Below, one piece after another: positions 57,382 through 64,000 of a stretch of 64,000 bases of DNA. The DNA comes from a virus. Its lineage: Duplodnaviria > Heunggongvirae > Uroviricota > Caudoviricetes. Both the position numbers and the translations under genes were made by a program. A model generated the notes under the pieces. That model was not told where the DNA came from, ran no database searches, and worked only from the letters and a program-made list of their open reading frames with translations. Location of the stretch: IMG/VR virus record IMGVR_UViG_3300011115_000934, positions 97,983 through 161,982 of that record, one strand, 5' to 3'. Position 1 is the first letter of the stretch. Every line of letters begins with the position of its first letter.

Positions 57382-57412
57382 TTGTGAGAATGATTACTTT
57401 TCAGTATCTTTA
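57382..57412 (+). promoter_or_regulatory. promoter TTG-N20-TATCTTTA inside a 10-bp hairpin (CTGAAAAGTA/TACTTTTCAG)
   Basis: TTG 57382-57384, -7 element 57405-57412. Confidence 0.45.
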
Positions 57413-57438
57413 TCAAAATAATTAAAACAACAACAAAC

Positions 57439-57597
57439 ATGATTGTAAACGAAAGTATAAGGACAGTAATCTTAAGTATTATAAAGTCCAAGATCCAAAG
57501 TGATTCAGTAAGTCCTAATCAAGTAGCCCAGGTTGCTTGGGATTGTGGAGTGGAATTGACAAGTGCTCAAATAGTGTACATTAGTAATAACTTCTAA
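57439..57597 (+). CDS. 52-aa hypothetical protein
   Basis: Promoter-driven, below ORF cutoff. Confidence 0.35.
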   Translation: MIVNESIRTVILSIIKSKIQSDSVSPNQVAQVAWDCGVELTSAQIVYISNNF

Positions 57598-57602
57598 AAA
57601 AG

Positions 57603-57633
57603 TTGCTAGTAAAGTATTAAAGGAGTATCTTTA
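57603..57633 (+). promoter_or_regulatory. promoter TTG-N20-TATCTTTA
   Basis: TTG 57603-57605, -7 element 57626-57633. Confidence 0.45.
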
Positions 57634-57658
57634 TCAAAATAATTAAAACAACAACATC

Positions 57659-58264
57659 ATGAGAGTAGTAGAAACAAAAATTTACACATTCGAGGAATTA
57701 GCAGAGGATTCAAAACAAACTGCAATTGAAAATCACAGAGACGTCAATACGTATGATGGTTGGTGGGAGCCTATCTTTGAAGGAATCACAGAGGAAGCAG
57801 AGCAAGCAGGATTCCATGTAGGGAATATCTACTTTTCAGGATTTTGGTCTCAGGGAGACGGAGCAATGTTTGAGTACACTACAGTAGGGGATACATTGTT
57901 AAATAAATTTGTAGATCAGTTGGATTTATCACCTCTAAGAAAGGAATGGTTGAGATCTCAGACATTTGCACAAAGTAGAGGAGATCACTCAGGACATTAC
58001 TATCACGAGAATTGTTGTGATCATGTTATAGATTTTGAATCTAACTTTGGTTACAATTTTGCTAATATTAATTTTTACAATTGGATCAATAGTTTTGCAG
58101 ATCAGTATGAAGAGTTTGTCATTGCTGAGTACAAATCATTGTGTAGAGAATTGTATAGTAGGTTAAATAAGTACAACGACGAACTTAGTACAGATGAAGC
58201 AGTTGCTGACACTATTATAATGAATGATTGGGAATTTGATGAGGATGGGAATAATTTTCGATAA
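57659..58264 (+). CDS. hypothetical protein
   Basis: 201 aa. Confidence 0.5.
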   Translation: MRVVETKIYTFEELAEDSKQTAIENHRDVNTYDGWWEPIFEGITEEAEQAGFHVGNIYFSGFWSQGDGAMFEYTTVGDTLLNKFVDQLDLSPLRKEWLRSQTFAQSRGDHSGHYYHENCCDHVIDFESNFGYNFANINFYNWINSFADQYEEFVIAEYKSLCRELYSRLNKYNDELSTDEAVADTIIMNDWEFDEDGNNFR

Positions 58265-58269
58265 AAAAG

Positions 58270-58300
58270 TTGCACCGTATTATCTTTTTCAGTATCTTTA
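58270..58300 (+). promoter_or_regulatory. promoter TTG-N20-TATCTTTA
   Basis: TTG 58270-58272, -7 element 58293-58300. Confidence 0.45.
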
Positions 58301-58326
58301 AGTATTAATAATTAAAACAACAAATC

Positions 58327-58620
58327 ATGTCAAGAAAAATTACACAAGAAGCAGTAGCAGCATTTTACAGCAATCGAAAATTCAACAAGTCTAATATGTC
58401 AGTTGAGATCACAGATGAGGGTGAAACCTTATTAAAACTCCATGGCAATACAATTGCAGGAATTAATTACTACGGAACTTGGATCACTGATGCAGGATGG
58501 CCTACCAGAACTACATTTGAAAGATTGAATGGCTTTGACAATGTTAGAGTCAACACCAAGAAGGGTCAGGTGTATTTGAATGGAGAAGCTTGGGATGGAG
58601 AAAAAGTTTATATTAATTAG
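58327..58620 (+). CDS. hypothetical protein
   Basis: 97 aa. Confidence 0.5.
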   Translation: MSRKITQEAVAAFYSNRKFNKSNMSVEITDEGETLLKLHGNTIAGINYYGTWITDAGWPTRTTFERLNGFDNVRVNTKKGQVYLNGEAWDGEKVYIN

Positions 58621-58629
58621 TAAAAAAAG

Positions 58630-58660
58630 TTGCATACGAACTATTAATTCAGTATCTTTA
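58630..58660 (+). promoter_or_regulatory. promoter TTG-N20-TATCTTTA
   Basis: TTG 58630-58632, -7 element 58653-58660. Confidence 0.45.
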
Positions 58661-58688
58661 AGTATTAATAATTAAAACAACAAATCAC

Positions 58689-58949
58689 ATGAAAAGAGGA
58701 ACAGTTACAGGAGAAGTTAAAAGTATTATAAAAGATTTAGGATTGAGTTGGGATTATTCCTACTCTGACAATCGTGTTAAAAATAGTGTAGGAGTTAAGT
58801 TGGTTGGAACTTACTTGACAGAATCTCAGAGAGAAGTTGTTAAAGGTGAAATGATTGAGAGAGGCTTTACTTTTCGTTACATCAGAGAAAATGATAAAGG
58901 TTGGAGAGGTGATTGTAATGGGACTAGGTTTTGTTTTATTAGAAAATAA
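58689..58949 (+). CDS. hypothetical protein
   Basis: 86 aa. Confidence 0.5.
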   Translation: MKRGTVTGEVKSIIKDLGLSWDYSYSDNRVKNSVGVKLVGTYLTESQREVVKGEMIERGFTFRYIRENDKGWRGDCNGTRFCFIRK

Positions 58950-58972
58950 TTTAAAAATAATCGGAGAAAGTG

Positions 58973-59003
58973 TTGCATACTAAATGCTTTCTCCGTATCT
59001 TTA
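58973..59003 (+). promoter_or_regulatory. promoter TTG-N20-TATCTTTA inside an 8-bp hairpin (GGAGAAAG/CTTTCTCC)
   Basis: TTG 58973-58975, -7 element 58996-59003. Confidence 0.45.
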
Positions 59004-59029
59004 GGTATCAATAATTAAAACAACAAATC

Positions 59030-59266
59030 ATGGCTACATTAGTAAAAGTTATTAGAACACCAAAATTCAATTTAGGAGACAAAGTTCAATTCTCTATCAT
59101 CTCAAGACATGACAACTACTCTCCTGAGTATAAAACAATGTACGGATATGCTTCAAAGATTAATAAGGTTACTATGACTATTTTAGGAGTAGATGCTGAA
59201 AGATATGTTGCTAACATCTCAGAAGTAAAAAAATATGTGGATCCATTTGAAGGATTGTCCTTATAA
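59030..59266 (+). CDS. hypothetical protein
   Basis: 78 aa. Confidence 0.5.
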   Translation: MATLVKVIRTPKFNLGDKVQFSIISRHDNYSPEYKTMYGYASKINKVTMTILGVDAERYVANISEVKKYVDPFEGLSL

Positions 59267-59270
59267 AAAG

Positions 59271-59301
59271 TTGCAAGTAAAGTATTAAAAGAGTATCTTT
59301 A
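59271..59301 (+). promoter_or_regulatory. promoter TTG-N20-TATCTTTA
   Basis: TTG 59271-59273, -7 element 59294-59301. Confidence 0.45.
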
Positions 59302-59327
59302 GGTATTAATAATTAAAACAACAAGTT

Positions 59328-59579
59328 ATGTGGAATAAACCAGCACCTTATCGTTCAGTTAAAGAGATTGCAAATTTCTTAAAAGACAATCCTTTTCAAA
59401 CAGAAACTCAAATCCAGGAAAAAGTATTCGGATATTTCAGAAGTTCAAGTTATGAGTCAAATAAAAAGTATGCTGACATGTTAAGACGAGGTCTTGGTAA
59501 GGGGTTATATAAGAGAATCTTGTTACAAGAGGACAGAGATTCAAGAGCTTATTTTAAGTATTTTGTTGAAAATAATTAG
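59328..59579 (+). CDS. hypothetical protein
   Basis: 83 aa. Confidence 0.5.
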   Translation: MWNKPAPYRSVKEIANFLKDNPFQTETQIQEKVFGYFRSSSYESNKKYADMLRRGLGKGLYKRILLQEDRDSRAYFKYFVENN

Positions 59580-59587
59580 TAAAAAAG

Positions 59588-59618
59588 TTGCAAGCAATCG
59601 ATTAAAAGAGTATCTTTA
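59588..59618 (+). promoter_or_regulatory. promoter TTG-N20-TATCTTTA
   Basis: TTG 59588-59590, -7 element 59611-59618. Confidence 0.45.
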
Positions 59619-59642
59619 GGTATCAATAAAAAAATAAGAGTT

Positions 59643-59750
59643 ATGGAAGATGTAAATAGATTCTACGAGTGGATGTTAGCAATGGGAAATATTCATTTAG
59701 CTGACAATGAACAAATGTCAAAGGCTTTTGAAAGGGTTGCTGAGAATTAA
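59643..59750 (+). CDS. 35-aa micro-protein
   Basis: Promoter-driven, below ORF cutoff. Confidence 0.3.
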   Translation: MEDVNRFYEWMLAMGNIHLADNEQMSKAFERVAEN

Positions 59751-59773
59751 ATAATATTTGGATCTGCAGATCC

Positions 59774-59833
59774 AGGAGTGGTTTGGTTAAAGCGTGACTG
59801 TCATCGCAAGAGGTTCGAATCCTCTCACTCCAC
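59774..59833 (+). other. tRNA-like minihelix (T-arm GAGG-TTCGAAT-CCTC + 6-7-bp acceptor stem); not a complete tRNA
   Basis: AGAGGTTCGAATCCTCT is a canonical T-arm; GGAGTG(59775-59780) pairs with CACTCC (59826-59831). Only 28 nt separate the acceptor 5' strand from the T-arm, so the D and anticodon arms cannot both exist. Confidence 0.3.
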
Positions 59834-60080
59834 TAAAAATTATCCAAAGTAAAAAGCTCTACACCTGACTGAAGCCTGAGTACTACCAATTATAAAGGTA
59901 CAGGGGGAGGAGGGAACATAGTATACTAGAAGGCTGGTGAAGCTCCAGAAGGATAATTTTATTTAAAAATAATTAGCTATTAGGTGGAATCCCCTATTTT
60001 GAATGAGTTATGCAGTGAGTGTCACCTGCTTTGGAAAAACAATAGGTAGTTAATTAATTTAAAAATAATTGAATAAAAAG

Positions 60081-60111
60081 TTGCAAGCAGTCTATTAATT
60101 GAGTATCTTTA
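60081..60111 (+). promoter_or_regulatory. promoter TTG-N20-TATCTTTA
   Basis: TTG 60081-60083, -7 element 60104-60111. Confidence 0.45.
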
Positions 60112-60137
60112 GGTATTAATAATTAAAAAGATATATT

Positions 60138-60425
60138 ATGAGAGCATACACAGAGAAACAATACTACGTAATAGACAAATCAGTCTACAGAAACGGAAAT
60201 CTTATAACTACCTTGAAAAGGCCTTTACAAGCAGAGGTTCATGCTGAGGGCTTAAACAAGCAATTTGGAGACTTAGAGGCTTATGAATTGTTAATCAGTA
60301 TTAGAAATGAAATAACCTTACATGAGGATGGAGAATTCTCTGCTGAAACTATTGTAGAGTCAATCAAAGCAATCCTAGATAGTAGAGAAAAAAAGTTGTA
60401 TAAAAAGTTGCATAGTAAGTTCTAA
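60138..60425 (+). CDS. hypothetical protein
   Basis: 95 aa. Confidence 0.5.
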   Translation: MRAYTEKQYYVIDKSVYRNGNLITTLKRPLQAEVHAEGLNKQFGDLEAYELLISIRNEITLHEDGEFSAETIVESIKAILDSREKKLYKKLHSKF

Positions 60426-60466
60426 TTCAGTATCTTTAGGTATTAATAATTAAAACAGATAACAAC

Positions 60467-61252
60467 ATGACAAGAATTCAAGTATTACAAGACGCAAGAG
60501 CAGAGTGGGTAGAAAAAAATATCGCTGCTAAAGAAACAACAAGTGAGATCTACGCAAGAGAGCAGAATGCAATTAAAGATGTACTACTTCCTTTCTTTGA
60601 AGATTTCAGTGAAGGAGTATTGGTTGAAGTAGGAAGAGGATCTGTCTACTTTAAAATGTTTGATCCTCAAAGAGGTTACCATAAAGAGATCTTCAGTCTG
60701 TATTTGAAAGAGAATTATTTTGGTGAGGGTGATCGCTACTCTGCTGTTGATCTTTCTTATTACACTACTTCAACGAGTGGAGTTGATGAATGGGAGTTGA
60801 AAAGATTACAGTTGTTAGGAAAACTTGCTGAGGTTGTGAAGGATAATCAGTTTTCAATACTTCATGCTGCTAATAAAGTTATACCTACTTTCAAAGAAGA
60901 GTACGAAGTTGCATTTCAGTTACAGAATATGATCAGTACTGCAATCAGTGATATTGATGTTAGAATACGTCAATTGATAAAAGAAAGAGTTGAGTTTGAT
61001 TTGAAAGCAGATGGAATAGTATTCTCAGAAAGAGTTGAGATTGATCTAAAGTATAACTACACTCCAAGAGTTCAGTTCATCAAGTTAGAAAATATAAGTA
61101 AGAGTGGTAAGACAGCTACAGTCGTTTACATGACTAGTGATGGGTACCAGACAAAAGAAGAGAATTGCAACATAGAAAAAATAGTGGACCAGGTTGCTCA
61201 CTACTATCCTAACTTTGCTATAGATACCAAGGAGGAGTTGTTACCTTCTTAG
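60467..61252 (+). CDS. hypothetical protein
   Basis: 261 aa. Confidence 0.55.
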   Translation: MTRIQVLQDARAEWVEKNIAAKETTSEIYAREQNAIKDVLLPFFEDFSEGVLVEVGRGSVYFKMFDPQRGYHKEIFSLYLKENYFGEGDRYSAVDLSYYTTSTSGVDEWELKRLQLLGKLAEVVKDNQFSILHAANKVIPTFKEEYEVAFQLQNMISTAISDIDVRIRQLIKERVEFDLKADGIVFSERVEIDLKYNYTPRVQFIKLENISKSGKTATVVYMTSDGYQTKEENCNIEKIVDQVAHYYPNFAIDTKEELLPS

Positions 61253-61334
61253 TTTTAATTATTGATCAAAGAAAGAGCTGCCTTAGGGTGGCTCTTTTGG
61301 GTTATAAATAATTTGAAAATAATTGTAAAAAAAG

Positions 61335-61365
61335 TTGCACCACTTGTATTAATTGAGTATCTTTA
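61335..61365 (+). promoter_or_regulatory. promoter TTG-N20-TATCTTTA
   Basis: TTG 61335-61337, -7 element 61358-61365; upstream hairpin AGAGCTGCC..GGTGGCTCT + T-run acts as terminator. Confidence 0.45.
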
Positions 61366-61391
61366 GGTATCAATAATTAAAACAACAAATC

Positions 61392-61574
61392 ATGACAACA
61401 ATTAATTCTTACTTTGCAGACAAATTTCCTCACATTAACTTTCAGGGATTAGACCAATCAGTGGTTAGTGACTTTATGTCCAATACTTACTTAATAGGTT
61501 TAGACTTTCCTGAACAAATGGAATGCCTTGCGGATTATATAGTTGCAAATGACTTAACTGAAGTATCAATTTAA
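61392..61574 (+). CDS. hypothetical protein
   Basis: 60 aa. Confidence 0.45.
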   Translation: MTTINSYFADKFPHINFQGLDQSVVSDFMSNTYLIGLDFPEQMECLADYIVANDLTEVSI

Positions 61575-61585
61575 TTAGAACAAAC

Positions 61586-62023
61586 ATGACAAAATTATTC
61601 AGAGACGTAGATTATTACGTAGTGCAGGCTTCTAATAGTACACAGAGAGAATTTGAATTAGACTTCGCAGACATCATTGAAGTTTATGATACAAATGAAA
61701 CTACAATCACTACACAGTGTGGTAGAACTGTAATCATTAATTGGGAGGACAAAGGTTACTTTAAGTCCTATCATGTAATCTACGAGACTGCTCAAATGGA
61801 AAGTTCTATCAATAGAACATATATTAATGATATTATCAATAAGCTTCGTACAATAGAGGTAGATGGAGAAACTATGCAGTACATTATTGAGAAAGTTGGA
61901 ATGACAGATCAGATGTTAAGACAATTAGTAATGAATAATCCTTACACTGATACTTCAGATCTATTGGAGGAGAAAGTTAGATTGAGTGATGAATACTTAA
62001 GATCACTTTCTAAAAATAATTAG
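61586..62023 (+). CDS. hypothetical protein
   Basis: 145 aa. Confidence 0.5.
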   Translation: MTKLFRDVDYYVVQASNSTQREFELDFADIIEVYDTNETTITTQCGRTVIINWEDKGYFKSYHVIYETAQMESSINRTYINDIINKLRTIEVDGETMQYIIEKVGMTDQMLRQLVMNNPYTDTSDLLEEKVRLSDEYLRSLSKNN

Positions 62024-62031
62024 TAAAAAAG

Positions 62032-62062
62032 TTGCAAGTAAAGTATTAAAAGAGTATCTTTA
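62032..62062 (+). promoter_or_regulatory. promoter TTG-N20-TATCTTTA
   Basis: TTG 62032-62034, -7 element 62055-62062. Confidence 0.45.
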
Positions 62063-62090
62063 GGTATTAATAATTAAAACAAACAATATT

Positions 62091-62270
62091 ATGTCAGACA
62101 GAAACAAAGCCTTTGAATTACAAGAGAGATTAGAAGAGAACGGAGTCTCACACGCTTCTTTGTTAGGATTTTTAATGAACGATTACTTCTCAGGATCTGC
62201 AGTATTAGGAGCAATGCAAAGTGCTTTAATTGAATTTGGATTAGAAGAAGAAGAAGAGGAAGATGAATAA
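62091..62270 (+). CDS. 59-aa acidic-tailed protein (paralogue of 62610-62777)
   Basis: Promoter-driven + strand ORF; GSAVLGAMQSALIEF vs GSEALNAMICAEEEF; the ORF-track minus-strand call 62089-62301 is rejected. Confidence 0.4.
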   Translation: MSDRNKAFELQERLEENGVSHASLLGFLMNDYFSGSAVLGAMQSALIEFGLEEEEEEDE

Positions 62271-62286
62271 AAAAGTTTAAAAAAAA

Positions 62287-62317
62287 GTTGCAAGCAATCA
62301 ATTAAAAGAGTATCTTT
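62287..62317 (+). promoter_or_regulatory. promoter TTG-N20-TATCTTTA
   Basis: TTG 62287-62289, -7 element 62310-62317. Confidence 0.45.
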
Positions 62318-62345
62318 AGGTATTAATAATTAAAACAAATAAAAC

Positions 62346-62594
62346 ATGAAAAGTTTAGATCAAGTTAACATTGAGGACATTAAGTCAGACAAGAAGTATT
62401 TGTTAGTAGTTTCGATGTATGAAAGATATGGTGATGGAGGGACGGAATCTTACATTGGGACAGGAGATGAAGTTATTGAAGAGATCAAACAAATCTTTGG
62501 TTATGAAGAAGAGGAGGGAGATGATTGGTTAGAGTTTGTTGAAGAGAGAAATGGTGATGGAGATGATTTCGTTGAAGTATTTGAAGTTGAATAA
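62346..62594 (+). CDS. acidic small protein
   Basis: 82 aa, D/E/G-rich. Confidence 0.5.
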   Translation: MKSLDQVNIEDIKSDKKYLLVVSMYERYGDGGTESYIGTGDEVIEEIKQIFGYEEEEGDDWLEFVEERNGDGDDFVEVFEVE

Positions 62595-62609
62595 TTAAAA
62601 TAACAAACT

Positions 62610-62777
62610 ATGTCAAGAAGTAATCGTGATCAAGCAATAGACAAAAAAGAACAACTACTAGAGATGATCTCAGCAGAGAGATTATTAGATTATGTATTAG
62701 AAAATTACTTAGGAGGATCAGAAGCATTGAATGCAATGATTTGTGCTGAGGAAGAGTTCTTTCCTGAAGAAGATTAA
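62610..62777 (+). CDS. 55-aa acidic-tailed protein (paralogue of 62091-62270)
   Basis: + strand ORF replacing the minus-strand call 62608-62814. Confidence 0.4.
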   Translation: MSRSNRDQAIDKKEQLLEMISAERLLDYVLENYLGGSEALNAMICAEEEFFPEED

Positions 62778-62800
62778 TTAAAAAATAATTAGTAAAAAAG

Positions 62801-62831
62801 TTGCACCACATCAATTAAAAGAGTATCTTTA
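62801..62831 (+). promoter_or_regulatory. promoter TTG-N20-TATCTTTA
   Basis: TTG 62801-62803, -7 element 62824-62831. Confidence 0.45.
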
Positions 62832-62860
62832 GGTATTAATAATTAAAACAACAAATCATT

Positions 62861-63238
62861 ATGAAAAAAGAATTAGTATTACAATCAGTTCAGAATTCAG
62901 TATCTTCAATCTTTTCAAAAGAAGATGTTATCAATCTTATCAATTCAGTTGAAGGTTCTAGTAGAGTAATTACTACTAACGATATTCAGAGAGCGATTGA
63001 TAATACAATTAGTTGGATTGAAAACAATGAAAGAGAAGTATTAGATTTGGATAATGCTGAGTTTGAAATCTCTTACAACAATCAATTAGAATGTACTAGT
63101 GTAGGAATTAACACTAATGAGATTCGTGAAGCATTAGAAAATAACTTCATGGATTTTGGAGAAGTTGATGAAGTTCAACAAGATGCTGATGAAAAAGAAT
63201 TAGAAGAGATTAAACGTATTGAGGAGGATTTTAGTTAA
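62861..63238 (+). CDS. acidic protein
   Basis: 125 aa. Confidence 0.5.
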   Translation: MKKELVLQSVQNSVSSIFSKEDVINLINSVEGSSRVITTNDIQRAIDNTISWIENNEREVLDLDNAEFEISYNNQLECTSVGINTNEIREALENNFMDFGEVDEVQQDADEKELEEIKRIEEDFS

Positions 63239-63247
63239 TTAAAAAAA

Positions 63248-63291
63248 GTTAGCAGATCAGTTGCTGGTCTGCTTTCTTTTGGGTATCTTTA
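63248..63291 (+). promoter_or_regulatory. fused terminator hairpin (AGCAGATCAG/CTGGTCTGCT) + promoter TTG-N20-TATCTTTA
   Basis: -33 TTG 63261-63263 sits in the hairpin loop; -7 element 63284-63291. Confidence 0.45.
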
Positions 63292-63317
63292 GGTATTAAT
63301 AATTAAAACAAAACACT

Positions 63318-63509
63318 ATGGCAAAGTTCAATGGTTTCGAAAAGTATTTATTGGTTCAAGGTTTAGATAGAGTGGCTTTAGAAATGAAAGCAGATATCAG
63401 AGATCTGGAAGAGAGAGGAAAAAATCCTTTAATGACTGTTGGATATGTTGAGATGGTTGTAAGAGATACTTTAGATAAGTTAAATTCATTTACACTCAAA
63501 CAAAAGTAG
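63318..63509 (+). CDS. hypothetical protein
   Basis: 63 aa. Confidence 0.45.
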   Translation: MAKFNGFEKYLLVQGLDRVALEMKADIRDLEERGKNPLMTVGYVEMVVRDTLDKLNSFTLKQK

Positions 63510-63713
63510 ATGAGTGAACTATATAACACATGGAAAGGAAAGGGGAGGAAGGTTTCTAAGACCTCCCCTCCAATGATCGGAATGATATATCAATCAAACA
63601 ATTACATAGGAGCATTAGTTGCAATTGAAGATGATGTTGCAACATTACAATTGAAGAATAAAAGTCTAATCAAAGTACAAGTACAAACACTAAAAATCAA
63701 GATCGATGGATAA
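63510..63713 (+). CDS. hypothetical protein
   Basis: 67 aa. Confidence 0.45.
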   Translation: MSELYNTWKGKGRKVSKTSPPMIGMIYQSNNYIGALVAIEDDVATLQLKNKSLIKVQVQTLKIKIDG

Positions 63714-63852
63714 AGTAAAGCAGTTCAAGAATAGTATCACATTGGGAGGTAAGAAGTATTTCAACTCTGCTTACTTAATGAACATCGGTAAATCTTTTGA
63801 TGGAGCAGAGTTTGTTAAGGTTGGTAATCAAGTATTTTATTTAGTAAAATAG
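63706..63852 (+). CDS. 48-aa hypothetical protein
   Basis: Overlapping start; weak. Confidence 0.25.
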   Translation: MDKVKQFKNSITLGGKKYFNSAYLMNIGKSFDGAEFVKVGNQVFYLVK

Positions 63853-63883
63853 TTGCATCATAAATGTTTATTTAGTATCTTTA
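63853..63883 (+). promoter_or_regulatory. promoter TTG-N20-TATCTTTA
   Basis: TTG 63853-63855, -7 element 63876-63883. Confidence 0.45.
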
Positions 63884-63911
63884 GGTATCAATAATTAAAA
63901 CAAGATACATT

Positions 63912-64000
63912 ATGACAAGAGAACAATTCTTAAACGGAACAATTTTTACAGTAGGGTTTGTAACTTACAAAGGAGCAAGTACTTATTCGTACAACGAGAA
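63912..64000 (+). CDS. hypothetical protein (5' partial at window end)
   Basis: ATG behind a consensus promoter; runs off the window. Confidence 0.4.
   Translation, partial: MTREQFLNGTIFTVGFVTYKGASTYSYNE

Noticed and set aside
59774-59833. A complete tRNA gene
   Set aside because: A canonical T-arm and acceptor pairing are present, but only 28 nt separate the acceptor 5' strand from the T-arm and no D-arm or anticodon-arm pairing can be drawn; kept only as a tRNA-like element.
62089-62814. Minus-strand ORFs 62089-62301 and 62608-62814
   Set aside because: The + strand carries shorter ORFs (62091-62270 and 62610-62777) that sit exactly behind consensus promoter cassettes and are paralogous to each other; the minus-strand frames run across those promoters.

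Overview
This window appears to be a 64-kb segment of a large, virulent-looking dsDNA phage genome. The GC content is low, about 35% by eye, and about 150 tightly packed ORFs all lie on the + strand, many with ATGA or ATGGTAA stop/start overlaps. No integrase, tRNA array, CRISPR array or virion structural or packaging gene is recognisable, so the genome is probably well over 100 kb and this window covers replication, nucleotide-metabolism, accessory and early regions. Promoters are read directly from the sequence as a Bacteroidota-type sigma-A architecture: TTG, exactly 20 nt, then TAnnTTTn. These are usually fused to a GC-rich hairpin plus T-run terminator. Leaders are A-rich and lack a Shine-Dalgarno sequence, which argues for a Flavobacteriia-like host.

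Modules recognised, in window order:
- 2124-4972: an RNA healing-and-sealing trio, namely a calcineurin-like phosphoesterase, a P-loop polynucleotide-kinase-like protein and an Rnl-type RNA ligase.
- 10972-18264: a 7-deazaguanine DNA-modification module (FolE, a QueD-like T-fold protein, QueE, a DpdA-like TGT-superfamily protein, a second T-fold protein, a phosphoribosyltransferase (PRTase), a dNMP-kinase-like protein, a dCTP-deaminase-fold protein and a secreted non-specific nuclease). No QueC is present in the window, and a free-standing GIY-YIG homing endonuclease is inserted between queD and queE.
- 19246-23582: a family-A DNA polymerase with 3'-5' exonuclease, followed by phage-encoded GroES and GroEL.
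- 24854-26871: a lysis cassette with a peptidoglycan-binding GH19-like endolysin.
- 27185-28618: a Cas4-like PD-(D/E)XK nuclease and a second GIY-YIG protein.
- 28817-47402: the most unusual content, an 18.6-kb, translationally coupled nucleotide-sugar and glycosylation island. It holds a DdhA-like nucleotidyltransferase fused to a HAD phosphatase and an APH/choline-kinase-fold kinase, an SDR 4,6-dehydratase, and an E1/DdhC-like PMP-dependent 3-dehydrase with a His-for-Lys change and an Fe-S Cys motif. It also holds a YerE/ALS-like TPP carboligase, a DmpF-like acylating acetaldehyde dehydrogenase overlapping a DmpG-like 4-hydroxy-2-oxovalerate aldolase, a further SDR, an FkbM methyltransferase and at least six glycosyltransferases. 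This predicts a branched-chain (yersiniose-like) or higher-carbon deoxysugar of unknown target.
- 55.75-56.27 kb: two same-orientation arrays of a 12-bp-periodic AACCG(A/T)T iteron, with 7 and 11 perfectly phased units, flank an AT-rich 250-bp core. This looks like a candidate replication origin or centromere.
- 56.9-64 kb: an array of about 20 small, mostly acidic early genes, each behind a near-identical 60-bp promoter and leader cassette.

Other elements are structured GC-rich non-coding stretches at 1740-2070 and 59750-60137 (the latter with a tRNA-like T-arm and acceptor minihelix but no full tRNA) and a two-copy ACGCGCAAATTTTAAC element.
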